Shown here one piece after another: positions 19,046-29,333 of a stretch of 64,000 nt of DNA (position 1 is the stretch's first letter; the number at the start of each line of letters is the position of its first letter). Source of the DNA: Longimicrobiales bacterium (GTDB lineage Bacteria > Gemmatimonadota > Gemmatimonadetes > Longimicrobiales > Gaopeijiaceae). The notes beneath the pieces are model-generated. The model saw only the letters and a program-made list of their open reading frames with translations, searched no databases and was not told where the DNA came from. Both the position numbers and the translations under genes were made by a program. Where the stretch lies: assembly GCA_965226375.1 (NCBI GenBank), contig CBDDCX010000008.1, positions 1,920,001 to 1,984,000 on the forward strand, in the 5' to 3' direction.

Positions 19046-20945
19046 ATCGGGATAGGGGAGGACCGGCGATCCCGGTCCTTCCCCTCCCACACCACCAGGC
19101 ATGCGGGTCCGCACCTGGCGGTTCGGTGAGTTGAGGTCAGTACGGCGTGAGCCGGGGCACACCCAGCTCGTCGAAGTACGCCCCTGGCAAGGCCGTGTGC
19201 AGGGCGTGGTGCGCGGCCACGTGCCACCAGCTTCGCGCGAACCGAGCAGCTCGCCAGGCGAGGTTCTCGCTCACACCGCGAGCCCTCAACTCCCGGTACG
19301 CTGTCCTTCCCCGTTTCCACTGGCGTAATTGCAACGTACGCAGCCGGCGGTGGATCCATTGGTCCAGGTCTCGGAAAACCCCCGGTGTATCCGCTAAGCC
19401 GAAGTATGCCTTCCACCCCAGCACGTAGCGCCGTAGCTCTTCCGCCACCTGTTGCAGGCTCCGCCCGCCACTCCGGCTTGTAATCTGCCGGACTCGCTCC
19501 TTGAACTTCGTCAGGGCCTTCTTGCTGACCCGGCGCTTCACGACCTTCCCTGCCGCTACCCAGAAGCTGTAGCCCAGGAACTGTCGATCCCACACTCGCG
19601 CCACCGCGCTCTTTTCCTCGTTGACCTGAAGCCGAAGTTTCCCGTACAAGTGCCTCAGCGCCTGCATCACACGTTGTCCTGCCCGCCTCGACCGCACGTA
19701 TACATTGCAGTCATCGGCGTACCGGACAAACGCGTGTCCGCGTAGCTCCAACTCCTTGTCCACTTCGTCCAGGAGCACGTTCGCCAGCAACGGCGACAAC
19801 GGTCCGCCCTGAGGCGTCCCCATGTGCCGCTCCATCACCACCCCGTTCGCCATGACTCCGGCTTCCAGGTAGCGACGGAGGATCCGCAGCATCGCCTTAT
19901 CCTCGATCCGCTTTGCCAGCCGCCCCATCAGCACGTCGTGGTTCACCCGGTCGAAAAACTTCTCCAGGTCCACATCCACCACCCATCGTCTCCCTTCCTG
20001 GATGTATTGCTGCGCTTCGCGCACCGCATCGTGTGCTCGGCGCCCAGGCCGGAAGCCGTGGCTGTGCCGACTGAACGTCGGGTCGAACCTCGGTTGCAGC
20101 ACCTGCAGGATGGCTTGTTGGATGAACCGGTCCAGCACGGTCGGAATCCCCAACTCCCGGACCCCTCCCCCACTCTTCGGTATCTCCTGCCTTCGTACCG
20201 GCTTCGGTTGGTAGGTCCCCGCCAGCAACCGCTGTCGGATCTCCCCCCAGTGCCTGCGCAAGTACTCTGGCAGCTCCTCCACGCTCATCCCGTCGATGCC
20301 CGGACTGCCCTTATTCTGCCGCACGCGTTTCAACGCTCCTACGAGGTTGGCACGCCCGACCACCTCCTCCATCAGGAGATGCTCGCTTCCTGAGCGCTCG
20401 TCTCCATGGGCCACCGTTCCGGCTTCGCCACTCCCCTCTACCTTCGGGGCTTCACCCCTATCCTCCAGCGGGAGCTCCAGTTGCCTGGACTCCTGGCGCA
20501 TGGCCTTCTCGAGATCCACGGTCGTCACACTCTCCTCTCCGTTCGGCCCTTCGTCCGACAAAGCTGGGTCCAAGCGCATCATGCACTTCGTCGGCCTACT
20601 ATGGCCTCTGCTGACTTCTCGCTCCGCCGGCAGGCCCAACAGCGCAATGCCGGCGTCGCCCTTTCAGGCGTCAGGCGAGACCTCCCCGGGTAAGAACGAT
20701 GACCTTCCCCGCACAATCGCCGGATCTACGCCGCTTCCCCTTGGTCGCAGGAGCTTCGCGGTCAGTGGTCCGCTCGCCCCGGTCCGCAGCACCTCGTATC
20801 CGGTTCCTGTTCGTCGACTCACGGGTTCGTTTCACGCTTCGTTCAGCGTACGCCTCACGACGAACGCCTTGCGCTTCCCTTCGGTCCCTGCGACCAGGTT
20901 CCGGGAGGACTTTCACCTCCAAGTCATCGCCCATGCCGGGCCCAC
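19046..20945 (-). mobile_element. Group II intron, bacterial class C (IIC)
   Basis: 5' end GTGGGCCCGGCATGGGCG; domain V GAACCGCCAGGTGCGGACCCGCATGCCTGGTGGTGTGGGAGGG; domain VI hairpin ending CTATCCCGAT; lies directly behind a terminator. Confidence 0.92.
19137..20501 (-). CDS. ltrA: Group II intron reverse transcriptase/maturase (no endonuclease domain)
   Basis: NKGSPGIDG, RELGIPTVLDR, VDVDLEKFFD, GTPQGGPLSPLL, YADD. Confidence 0.95.
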   Translation of the reverse strand: MRQESRQLELPLEDRGEAPKVEGSGEAGTVAHGDERSGSEHLLMEEVVGRANLVGALKRVRQNKGSPGIDGMSVEELPEYLRRHWGEIRQRLLAGTYQPKPVRRQEIPKSGGGVRELGIPTVLDRFIQQAILQVLQPRFDPTFSRHSHGFRPGRRAHDAVREAQQYIQEGRRWVVDVDLEKFFDRVNHDVLMGRLAKRIEDKAMLRILRRYLEAGVMANGVVMERHMGTPQGGPLSPLLANVLLDEVDKELELRGHAFVRYADDCNVYVRSRRAGQRVMQALRHLYGKLRLQVNEEKSAVARVWDRQFLGYSFWVAAGKVVKRRVSKKALTKFKERVRQITSRSGGRSLQQVAEELRRYVLGWKAYFGLADTPGVFRDLDQWIHRRLRTLQLRQWKRGRTAYRELRARGVSENLAWRAARFARSWWHVAAHHALHTALPGAYFDELGVPRLTPY

Positions 20946-20950
20946 CACTT

Positions 20951-20985
20951 AAAAAAAGGAGCCATCCTAGACCACGATGGCTCCC
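20951..20985 (-). terminator. Intrinsic terminator (intron target)
   Basis: Minus strand GGAGCCATC-loop-GATGGCTCC followed by a T run. Confidence 0.8.
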
Positions 20986-21049
20986 CTTCTCGTAACCCAA
21001 AACTGTAACCCATCAAGGTTCAGTTTTTGTTACCCATCAGGGTTCGGGC

Positions 21050-22235
21050 TCACCACACGCGATGAGCATCACGAACCCGACCGTACCCAGAAGGACCCAG
21101 AGGATCGCCCCCGTATCGCCGACCACATCATCCTTCACTCGCCTTACGTTGACGATCACCTGGGCCTGCTCCAGCAGCTCGGGAGTGAGCTCGACGTAGC
21201 GCCCCACGATCGACGGGAGCACGCCCTGCAGGTCCGCTCGGGCTGTCTCCGGGGTGACGCCGGGGTCGAGGCGGGCGACTCCGAACTTGTTGAAGCCGCC
21301 GAACTCTCACTGCCCGGGTCGGGCTGAAGCGGGACCCATGCGGCCACGGACTCGTTGGGAAAGGCGAATCCTCTGGGCATCACGCCGATCACCTCATGGA
21401 TGATCCCGTCGAGGTCGATCGTTCGACCGACCATGGTCGGGTCCGATCCGTACCGCCGGCTCCAGAATCCGTGGCTCAACACGACGACGGGCGAGGCCCC
21501 GACCGCGTCCTCGTGCTCGGAGAACGTCCTTCCGAACGCAGGCGCCAACCCAAGGAGGGGGAGGAGCGTGTGGGGTGCTCGGATGGCGCTAATCTGCTCC
21601 GGATCTCCGTCACCCGTGACGTTCAGGGTCGCGTTGCCATAGATCGCGATCGATTCGAGTGTGTGGTTCAACTCACCGTAGTGGTAGTAGAACCCCCTGG
21701 CCATGGCGAGCTCGTCCTCGATGCCCAGGCCGGGGGCGTCGTGCGTAAGCCCGACCAGCTCGTCCGAGCCCGGGTAGGGCAGCGGCCGGATCAGCACACC
21801 GTTCACGACGCTGAAGATGAGCGTGGTGGCACCAATGCCGATGGCCAAAGTCACGACGGCGATCGTCGAGAACCCCGGCGACCGACCGAATCCACGTAGA
21901 GCATTCCCAACGTCTCGAAACCTCTTACCCATCACCGAATCCCCCTGTCGAGAGGTGAATTGTAGATCGCTTGTGTATTCTGGTCCCGGCTCGGCCAGGC
22001 CCGACGACCGGCGGACGCCGGCGAGCCAGTCGAGCAGCGACCGGATCAGCCGGTCACGCCTGATGTGAGCCGAGGCGCCAAGCGCCTGCCGCCAGTACCA
22101 TGTGCGCGCCCACCGCAGGCCTCGTGTTCCGACACGTGTGACAAACCCCTCGTGCAGATCGCCGAGCACCTCGGTCCGATCCTCGGAGCGGAGGGCCCGA
22201 GCAAGGAGCCACGTGGCGAGCCGTGGAGGTGTCAC
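21050..22235 (-). pseudogene. ADOP-family ABC permease, frameshifted and truncated
   Basis: [10 protein letters not shown]...EVLGDLHE prefix, [15 protein letters not shown]; shift near 21305; ends abruptly at VMLIACG. Confidence 0.85.
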
Positions 22236-22561
22236 GAGGTCTCCAAAACGGAGTCGAGTCCGTCGGCCATCTGAGCCCACTCGCGGTGAGCCTCTTTGAG
22301 TTGACGGAGACCGGCGGCCTCGAGGCGGAAGTAGCGCTTGGAGCGACCACCGCGAGTGGGTGTCGGGTCGCCGAAACGTGACTGGAGGTACCCCTTCTCT
22401 TCCATCCGGCGAAGGGCCACGTACATCGCCCCGCTGGACGAGGTACGCCCTGTGCGACGCTCGATCTCCTCCAGGATACGGGCCCCATAAGATTCCGAGC
22501 CGAGCTGCAAGAGAGCGAGCAGAACCAGCTTCTCGAAGTCCCCCAATGTCTCGCGACCCAT
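22232..22561 (-). CDS. PadR-family transcriptional regulator
   Basis: [12 protein letters not shown]...[14 protein letters not shown]...[17 protein letters not shown]. Confidence 0.92.
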   Translation of the reverse strand: MGRETLGDFEKLVLLALLQLGSESYGARILEEIERRTGRTSSSGAMYVALRRMEEKGYLQSRFGDPTPTRGGRSKRYFRLEAAGLRQLKEAHREWAQMADGLDSVLETS

Positions 22562-22799
22562 CACTCCTCCGTTTTTACTGCGTTGCAGGCTTAATGCGTA
22601 CGACGACGACCGGGTCGTGAAGGTTTCAGGAGCGGAGGGCGGGGTGGACCGAATTGGTTCCGCGAGCGCGAGGGTCGCGTGCTGCGCCCGCGGCCACCAT
22701 CTTGGCCGCGCGGCGCCCCTGCGTCCCTTGTGGCCTTTGGTGGTCGCATCTTCAACCTGAGATGGATGAGTTCGTGATCACAGAATCAAGAAGGCCCTT

Positions 22800-23780
22800 G
22801 TGATGTCGCTTGGTCTAGTGATCGGTGTCGGCTCGCTGCTGACGATCTTGGCTTCGTCCAACCTCTCGGCTCAGACCCCGATCGACGCAGGTAGGCACCG
22901 CGTCGAGGTCACGAGCACCGTGGACGGCAGTCCCCAACCATCCTTCATGATCCTTCCGCCGGGATACGATCACGATGGGGCCGACGTTCCCGTAGTCGTG
23001 TCATGACACAGCTGGAGCTTTGGACTGGAACAGCGTCGCGAGGACCTCGAGCACGAGGTGGGTGAACGCGGCTGGATCTACCTCTTTCCCGACTTCCGGG
23101 GTCGCAACGACAGCGTCGAGGCGTGCGCATCGGACATCGCCAAGCGAGACGTGATCGACGCGTTGGATTGGCTTATCGAGCACTATCCGGTCGACAGGGC
23201 CCGGATCTACCTGACCGGGGTCTCAGGTGGCGGCTTCATGACCCTGGCGATGGTTGCGAGCTACCCCGAGCGGTGGACGGCAGCCAGCGCTTGGGTCCCT
23301 CTGACTGACCTTCGAGCGTGGTACGACTTTCACGCCGGAGATCGGTACGGCGAGATGACGCGGGGATGCGTGGGGGGCGATCCCGCCGCTGACCCATCGG
23401 TGGTTGCAGAGATGAGCCAGCGTTCCCCCCTGCACCAGCTAGGCCGCGCGAAGGATGTCGCGTTGGACATTGCCGCCGGGAGGTTCGATGGACACGATGG
23501 TGCACCGATCCCGGTCTGGCATAGCCTTGTGTCGTTCAACGAGATCGCGGCGGAACTGGGCGAACCCCAGATAACCGCGCGGGAGATCCTGGAACTCAGC
23601 CGCCACGACCCTCGGCTCGACAATCCACAGGAATCTGATCTCGTGACGGACGCCTCTTTCGGTCGTGAAATTTTCCTGCGTCGTCATGCCGGAAGAACTC
23701 GCGTAACAATCTTCGAGGGTGCCCACGAAGGGTTGGCCAGTGCGGCCCTTGCGTGGTTCGAGTCTCACCCGGGTCGGTAG
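22800..23780 (+). pseudogene. Secreted alpha/beta hydrolase (S9/esterase-like) with an in-frame TGA at 23004
   Basis: Two ORFs in the same frame: PVVVS*HSWS...PDFRG...IYLTGVSGGG. Confidence 0.8.
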
Positions 23781-23786
23781 ACCGTG

Positions 23787-24266
23787 TTAGAGCTCCAGTA
23801 TCCGTTGGTGCTTGCCTAGATGTTCTCGCGGGGGAGGCAGCGTGCCCACCTCACCGTTCGGTTCGAAGCCTTTGCGGGTGTAAAGCGCGATCGCCGGTAT
23901 GTTGTCATCGTTTACACCCAGCAAGAGTGTGACAAAGCCGTTCGAACGCGCCCATTCGATGACGGCATCGATCAGCGATTCACCGACGCCCTCGCCGCGC
24001 ACTTGGGGTGCCACCCACAGGGAAATCAGCCGTGCTGTTTCCTGGGCTTTGCCATAGGGCACACTCCTCACGAGTCCGACATCGGAGTCGCCCACCACCG
24101 CAACGAAGGCGGTAATTCCGGTAAGCTGCTTCGACCAGACCTCGGGCGGCCACGTTGCCGCTTCATCCAACGTGGTGCCGAAGGCCTCGGGTGCATCGCG
24201 GAGGGCGCACAGGCGGATCGCGCGTAAGCGTGGGCCTTCCTCCACGGTAAGTCTTTGGATCTCCAC
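23787..24266 (-). CDS. GNAT N-acetyltransferase
   Basis: LWVAPQVRGEGVG, NIPAIALYTRKGF. Confidence 0.9.
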   Translation of the reverse strand: MEIQRLTVEEGPRLRAIRLCALRDAPEAFGTTLDEAATWPPEVWSKQLTGITAFVAVVGDSDVGLVRSVPYGKAQETARLISLWVAPQVRGEGVGESLIDAVIEWARSNGFVTLLLGVNDDNIPAIALYTRKGFEPNGEVGTLPPPREHLGKHQRILEL

Positions 24267-24466
24267 CTTGTGAGCATACCGGAGAGCCGCCCGACAAGCG
24301 ATCGCCGAAGTCCCGGTGGATCTCTCAGGGGTCAGTCGAAGAAGTACAGTAGGTCGCGCGCCCCGCCCGCGGTCACCATTGTGGCCGCGCGACCGGTTCG
24401 CAGGGACCTTAGAGCTGCGAAGGGGCGGTTGGCTAATCGCGTCACACTACGTCTGGAGGGCAGGCC

Positions 24467-24943
24467 ATGAGGAAATGGGGCGGGGTCGGAGCGCTGGCTG
24501 TGTGGACACTTACTACCGGACATGTTGTGGCCGCGCAGGAGAGCACCGCGTGGATTCCCGAGGTACGAGCGCCTTTCTACTTTGCGGTACTAGTTACCGA
24601 CGTCGACCGCTCCGTGGAGTGGTACAGCGCCAGGCTCGGACTGCAGCTCGTCGACGACACGCGGGCCGAGGACGGCCGCTGGCGCATCGCCAACCTCGAG
24701 AACGAGCAGATCTTCGTCGAGATCATCAGGGACGATCATGCACGAGCCGTTGAAGACGCGTTGGGCATCGCGAAGGTCGGCTTCCAGGTTCCCGATGTCG
24801 ATGCTGTCGCAGACCGCATTGAACGAGATACGGGTGAGCGTCCTCGCGTTCTCGACTTCGCACGACATAACGTTCGAATCCTGCAGGTAAACGATCCGGA
24901 CGGGAATATCCTGCAGTTGTCGACTCCGCTTCGGTCAAGGTAG
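24467..24943 (+). CDS. Secreted VOC/glyoxalase-family protein
   Basis: VTDVDRSVEWY...LGL, DPDGNILQL. Confidence 0.85.
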   Translation: MRKWGGVGALAVWTLTTGHVVAAQESTAWIPEVRAPFYFAVLVTDVDRSVEWYSARLGLQLVDDTRAEDGRWRIANLENEQIFVEIIRDDHARAVEDALGIAKVGFQVPDVDAVADRIERDTGERPRVLDFARHNVRILQVNDPDGNILQLSTPLRSR

Positions 24944-24995
24944 GTGGGAGAGCGCCAGCGAGTGCCGGCGTGTTCACGACGTCAAGTTGGGCGGG

Positions 24996-25817
24996 TCAAT
25001 CGGACCCTGCGTCCGAACGCCACACGACGCGAAAACCGATGTGGTCCGCGGCGTAGTCGGTTGCGAGGTAATTGGTGACGGCTGCTGCCCTAAGGAAGAA
25101 GGCCGGGTGCACGAACGAGCCGCCCTTGAGTCGGAGTGCGTCGGGGTTCACCGGGTGCTTCTCTCGATCGAACCACACGGGCGTCACCCACTCGCGAACA
25201 TTACCTGCGAGGTCATAGATACCCTCAGGTGTGGCATCGTCCGGCCGAGTCATGATCTCGATGGTGCTTCTGGGAACGCACTCACGGTAGTGAGAGAGCA
25301 GGCATGTGGGCATCGCTTCACCCCAGGGGTACTCCCTTCGCTCTGTGCTTCTGGCAGCGAACTCCCATTCCACTTCCGTCGGCAAATCACCCCTTAGAGA
25401 CACGGCATAGGCCATGGCTTCTGTCCAGGTGACATTGACTACGGGATGCCGCCCCGACGTGGCGGGAAAATCGTGGTCAGGGTCGCACCGACGGTATTCC
25501 TCATTGGTGACCTCGTGCTCCTGCATCCAGAAGCTCGACACCGTCCACCGGTTCATATCCTCATCCTCCTTGGAGTATGGGCTTCCGGCCGGGAACTCGT
25601 CAGCCCAGTCCTCACTGCCGGAAACGAATGCCCCGCCTTCGACCAGTACCCACCGGTTCAACGGGTCCAAGGCCCCGTCCGGCGACACCGATCGTGCGGC
25701 GGCGGCGTCCCCTCGGTCATCGGAGCAACCCGCCGAAAACACGACGAGACATCCGCCAACTCCTGCAGCCCTGATCACCACTCGAAACGAGTTGGGCCAC
25801 TCGATGGCCAGACGCAT
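24996..25817 (-). CDS. Formylglycine-generating enzyme (SUMF1) family protein
   Basis: HEVTNEEY, HPVVNVTW, LPTEVEWEFAAR, GIYDLAGNVREW, IGFRVV; start uncertain. Confidence 0.88.
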   Translation of the reverse strand: MRLAIEWPNSFRVVIRAAGVGGCLVVFSAGCSDDRGDAAAARSVSPDGALDPLNRWVLVEGGAFVSGSEDWADEFPAGSPYSKEDEDMNRWTVSSFWMQEHEVTNEEYRRCDPDHDFPATSGRHPVVNVTWTEAMAYAVSLRGDLPTEVEWEFAARSTERREYPWGEAMPTCLLSHYRECVPRSTIEIMTRPDDATPEGIYDLAGNVREWVTPVWFDREKHPVNPDALRLKGGSFVHPAFFLRAAAVTNYLATDYAADHIGFRVVWRSDAGSD

Positions 25818-26015
25818 CGTGACTCCGGGAGCGAGCTCTGCGCATACACTGACACCAGGCAACAAACGTACTGGGTGTTCGACCTCTCCGCTTCCTGACG
25901 CACTATGGCTACTTTGCAGGCGGGCGTCTGAAGTTGAGGAGCTAAACCTGCAGGTCGACGCGCAACTCGACCAGCTCGACTGGGGTCTGCGGCAGGGAGG
26001 CAAAGGAGATATCTG

Positions 26016-26360
26016 ATGGCAAGCCAGGCTGGCATGATCGCTCGCATATGGCATGGACGCGTTCCCGCGTCCAAGGCGGAGGCCTATCACCAGTATCTGC
26101 TCGACACAGGAGTTTCGGGTTACATCGAGACGCCGGGGAACCGCGGGGTCTACGTGCTACGACGCTTGGATGCCGATGGTGCGATCGCCCACTTCGAGAT
26201 CTTGACGCTGTGGGACTCGTTCGACGCGATTAGGGCGTTCGCGGGCGACGATTACGAGAACGCGAGGTATTACCCGGCCGATGACGACTTCCTTCTCGAG
26301 CGCGAGCCGCACGTCCGGCACCTCGACGTGCTCTTCGCGAACCGCGAGCCGGCGGTCTGA
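26016..26360 (+). CDS. Antibiotic biosynthesis monooxygenase-like protein
   Basis: MIARIWHGR...TLWDSFDAIRAFAG...ARYYPADDDFLLE. Confidence 0.85.
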   Translation: MASQAGMIARIWHGRVPASKAEAYHQYLLDTGVSGYIETPGNRGVYVLRRLDADGAIAHFEILTLWDSFDAIRAFAGDDYENARYYPADDDFLLEREPHVRHLDVLFANREPAV

Positions 26361-26433
26361 CGTGCGAACGCTGCGGTCGCAGAAGGAGAATGGGCGTGTC
26401 TGTGAGCGACCATTACATGGGCGGGAATCGGTC

Positions 26434-26895
26434 ATGGCGATCGCCTTGACGACGATACTCTGGGCCGGATGCGTGGACCGGCCGGAGGAGCCTCGAGCAA
26501 CCGACCCGGCCCAAATCGCGGCGGAGGTCGAAGCAGCCGTCTGGGCGTTTCATGCGGCGGATACCGCACGGGACGCCGAAGCGGTGATCGACCTCCTGTG
26601 GCCGGACTTTACCATGCTCGTTGATGGCAACCGGATCGGATACAGCGACGTGGTTGCCGGGTCTCGAGAGTTCATGGCCAGCCTGGAACTCTTCGACACC
26701 GAGTGGACCGACCTTCAGATCACGACGCTCGGGTCTGACGCCGCGGTCGCCTCGTTTCAGTTTCGCGACTCGATCGTTACCGCCACGGGTGACCTTATCC
26801 AGAACCGCGGGCCGACGAGCTTCGTGTGGCAGCGTAGGGGCGGAGTGTGGCGGCTCCTCTTTGCGGATGCGGATCACTATCCGATCGAACCCTAG
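26434..26895 (+). CDS. NTF2-like (DUF4440-like) lipoprotein
   Basis: Lipobox WAGC; SFVWQRRGGVWRL. Confidence 0.75.
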   Translation: MAIALTTILWAGCVDRPEEPRATDPAQIAAEVEAAVWAFHAADTARDAEAVIDLLWPDFTMLVDGNRIGYSDVVAGSREFMASLELFDTEWTDLQITTLGSDAAVASFQFRDSIVTATGDLIQNRGPTSFVWQRRGGVWRLLFADADHYPIEP

Positions 26896-27012
26896 AAGGA
26901 CCTCTAGTCCGTGCCCTCCGCGCTGGCCACATTATTGTCCGGTGAGATCGTGGGAAGTTCCAATCCGTCGGACTCACCTAGACCCTAGCCCTCACGCAAA
27001 CCAGGAAGCCCG

Positions 27013-27360
27013 ATGTCTACTGAAGACGTTCTCAACCACCATCTGCAGTCGTTCGGCGCCGGTGATATCGAAGAGACGATGAAGGACTACACCGACGACT
27101 CCGTGCTCATGACGGCGGACGGTAAACTCACCGGCAAAGTCGCGATAAGGGAAGCGTTCGAAAGCTTCTACAGTGACCTGTTCAAACCGAGCACCTACGA
27201 ATTCACGATGGACAGGGTGGATATCGAGGGTGCTGTGGCCTTCATCGTCTGGCACTCTTCACACGACGCAGCCCAGGTGCCTCTCGGCACGGACACGTTC
27301 CTGATCAGGAAGGGGAAGATCTCTGTTCAGACCTTCGCCGCGAAGATCGAGGCGGATTAA
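27013..27360 (+). CDS. SnoaL/NTF2-like protein
   Basis: HHLQSFGAGDIEE..DYTDDSVL..GTDTFLIRKGKI. Confidence 0.85.
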   Translation: MSTEDVLNHHLQSFGAGDIEETMKDYTDDSVLMTADGKLTGKVAIREAFESFYSDLFKPSTYEFTMDRVDIEGAVAFIVWHSSHDAAQVPLGTDTFLIRKGKISVQTFAAKIEAD

Positions 27361-27405
27361 GGACCCGCGCCGATCACGAGAACGCTGCGACCCGAGGACA
27401 ACCGT

Positions 27406-28029
27406 TTGACCAGATCCCGAGAAGAGTTCGCGAACATGCTGAGTCACGGCATTGGCCTCATGCTCGCCATCGCAGCGACGCCGTTTCTCATCATGGGTGC
27501 CGCAAACCGTGGAAGCACCGCAAACGTGATCGGCAGTAGCGTTTTCGCGGCAACCATGGTGCTGCTCTACCTGTCGTCCACCTCGTATCATGCCGCACCC
27601 AAGAGCCGCCTCAAGGATCGACTCAGGAAGCTCGACCATGCCGCGATCTATCTACTCATCGCCGGCACGTACACGCCCTTCACACTAGGCGTTCTGGGCG
27701 GGCCCTGGGGGTGGACCCTTTTCGGAATCGTGTGGAGCGCGGCGGCCATCGGAGTATGCGAGAAACTGATCTCGGGGATTCGGTATCCTCGGCTTTCCAC
27801 CGTCCTCTACCTGATCATGGGGTGGTCGGTGTTGATCGCAATCCGACCGCTCGTGCTCAACGTGCCCATGGAGGGCATCGGATGGCTCGTTGCGGGAGGC
27901 CTCTCGTATACCGTCGGCACGGTGTTCTATACGGCGCGCCGCCTGCCGTACCATCACCTCATCTGGCATCTGTTCGTGCTGTCCGGGTCGGCCTGCCACT
28001 TCTTCGCGGTGCTGTGGTATGCTGCATGA
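27406..28029 (+). CDS. Hemolysin III / PAQR-family membrane protein
   Basis: EEFANMLSHG, SSTSYH, LDHAAIYLLIAGTYTP, HLIWHLFV. Confidence 0.93.
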   Translation: MTRSREEFANMLSHGIGLMLAIAATPFLIMGAANRGSTANVIGSSVFAATMVLLYLSSTSYHAAPKSRLKDRLRKLDHAAIYLLIAGTYTPFTLGVLGGPWGWTLFGIVWSAAAIGVCEKLISGIRYPRLSTVLYLIMGWSVLIAIRPLVLNVPMEGIGWLVAGGLSYTVGTVFYTARRLPYHHLIWHLFVLSGSACHFFAVLWYAA

Positions 28030-28124
28030 CATCACCGCACAGAGTGCGAGGGCGCACCGACCCTCGAAACCGATAACGGCCAGGCCCTGACCAGTGTCAC
28101 TCTCACGAGAATAGCGAACCGACC

Positions 28125-28718
28125 ATGCGAAACATCGTAAGCGTCTCAGCGACCAGTCGTCCCGGCAACTATACGGCCATGGCCCTGTCGATCGTGAACG
28201 ACGAGCTGGCGCGACGCGAGGTGCCGACCACCGTGTTCGATGCCCGAGATTTGTCCCTGTCCTTCCCCGGACACCCCCCGACCGACGATGCCGAAACCCT
28301 GAGATCGGCTGTTGAAGAGGCCTCGGGGGTGGTCATCGCGACACCCGAGTATCACGGCACCTTCTCTGCGATGACCAAGCTGGTCATAGAGAACCTGGGA
28401 TTCCCGTCCGTGCTCGCGAGCAAACCGGTAGCTCTGATCGGTGTCGCGGCAGGACGAATCGGGGCGATCAAGTCGCTCGAGCAGCTGCGTGGCGTCTGTT
28501 CTCACACAGGGGCCCTGGTGCTCCCGGGAAGCGTCTCAGTTGCCGGAGTGCGCCATGCTTTCGACGAAGAGGGCAACTGCGTTGATGAGGGGGTAGAGGA
28601 CGCGCTGCGAGGTATCGCCGGTGCGTTGCTCGAGTTCATCGAGAACTACGTCTGCCCGAAGTACGTGCTGGAGTCCATGGTCCGTGGAGAGGTTCAGCCC
28701 TGGACGTCGACGCTCTGA
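28125..28718 (+). CDS. NADPH-dependent FMN reductase
   Basis: ATPEYHGTFSAMTKLVIE, KPVAL. Confidence 0.9.
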   Translation: MRNIVSVSATSRPGNYTAMALSIVNDELARREVPTTVFDARDLSLSFPGHPPTDDAETLRSAVEEASGVVIATPEYHGTFSAMTKLVIENLGFPSVLASKPVALIGVAAGRIGAIKSLEQLRGVCSHTGALVLPGSVSVAGVRHAFDEEGNCVDEGVEDALRGIAGALLEFIENYVCPKYVLESMVRGEVQPWTSTL

Positions 28719-28746
28719 CTCCCCCTGGTCGAGAGCGAGAGAGACG

Positions 28747-29193
28747 ATGACGGTCCGTCCCGTCCGGCGATCTGATCGCGACGAGTTGGTCAGAATGCGT
28801 CGAGCTCTCTGGCCGGACTCCTCGGAGGCTGAGGTCGATGATGTGCTCGCCCTGACCGCCTCGGAGGGTGTCATACTCGTTGCCGAGGGAGCAGCGGGCG
28901 GGCTCCTTGGCTTCGCAGAAGTGGGGCTCCGAAAGTTCGCCGAAGGATGTAGTGACTCTCCAGTCGCATATCTGGAGGGAATCTGGATCGACAGTGACAC
29001 CCGACGCGAAGGGGTTGGCTCGGCCCTGGTGAAGGAGGCGGAGGCCTGGGCGTGCTCGAGCGGGTTCACCGAGCTCGCCTCGGATTGTGACGTGGGGAAC
29101 GCCGGAAGCCGGGCGTTTCATGGGGCGCTGGGATTCGCAGAGGTGCAGCGGAATATCTGTTTTAGGCGAATTCTGAGTCAGGAGTCGGACTGA
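28747..29193 (+). CDS. Aminoglycoside 6'-N-acetyltransferase-like GNAT (AAC(6')-I type)
   Basis: MRRALWP, GFAEVGLR, EGC.DSPVAYLEGIW, TELASD, FHGALGF. Confidence 0.85.
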   Translation: MTVRPVRRSDRDELVRMRRALWPDSSEAEVDDVLALTASEGVILVAEGAAGGLLGFAEVGLRKFAEGCSDSPVAYLEGIWIDSDTRREGVGSALVKEAEAWACSSGFTELASDCDVGNAGSRAFHGALGFAEVQRNICFRRILSQESD

Positions 29194-29333
29194 GCGTCGA
29201 TTGATAGCGGCCCGTGCCTTGTCGCTGGCCCGCGCCGACCGGCTTGCAGCGCCCAGCGGGGACGGCCATTGTGTGCCAGGGTCGCAGCGGCCGATCAGCC
29301 AAGTCATCTGCGGAGAAATCGAGGAGGGACGAG

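Noticed and set aside
19137..20501. RT as a retron or DGR
   Set aside because: It has group II intron RT motifs plus intron 5' end and domains V/VI; no template/variable repeat pair was seen.
20930..20950. TGGTGGGCCC as a reversed tRNA 3' end (island att site)
   Set aside because: No T-arm follows; the sequence is better explained as the intron 5' end.
23004..23006. In-frame TGA as possible selenocysteine
   Set aside because: Context VVVS*HSWS is not a redox Cys position and no convincing SECIS was seen; more likely a nonsense mutation.
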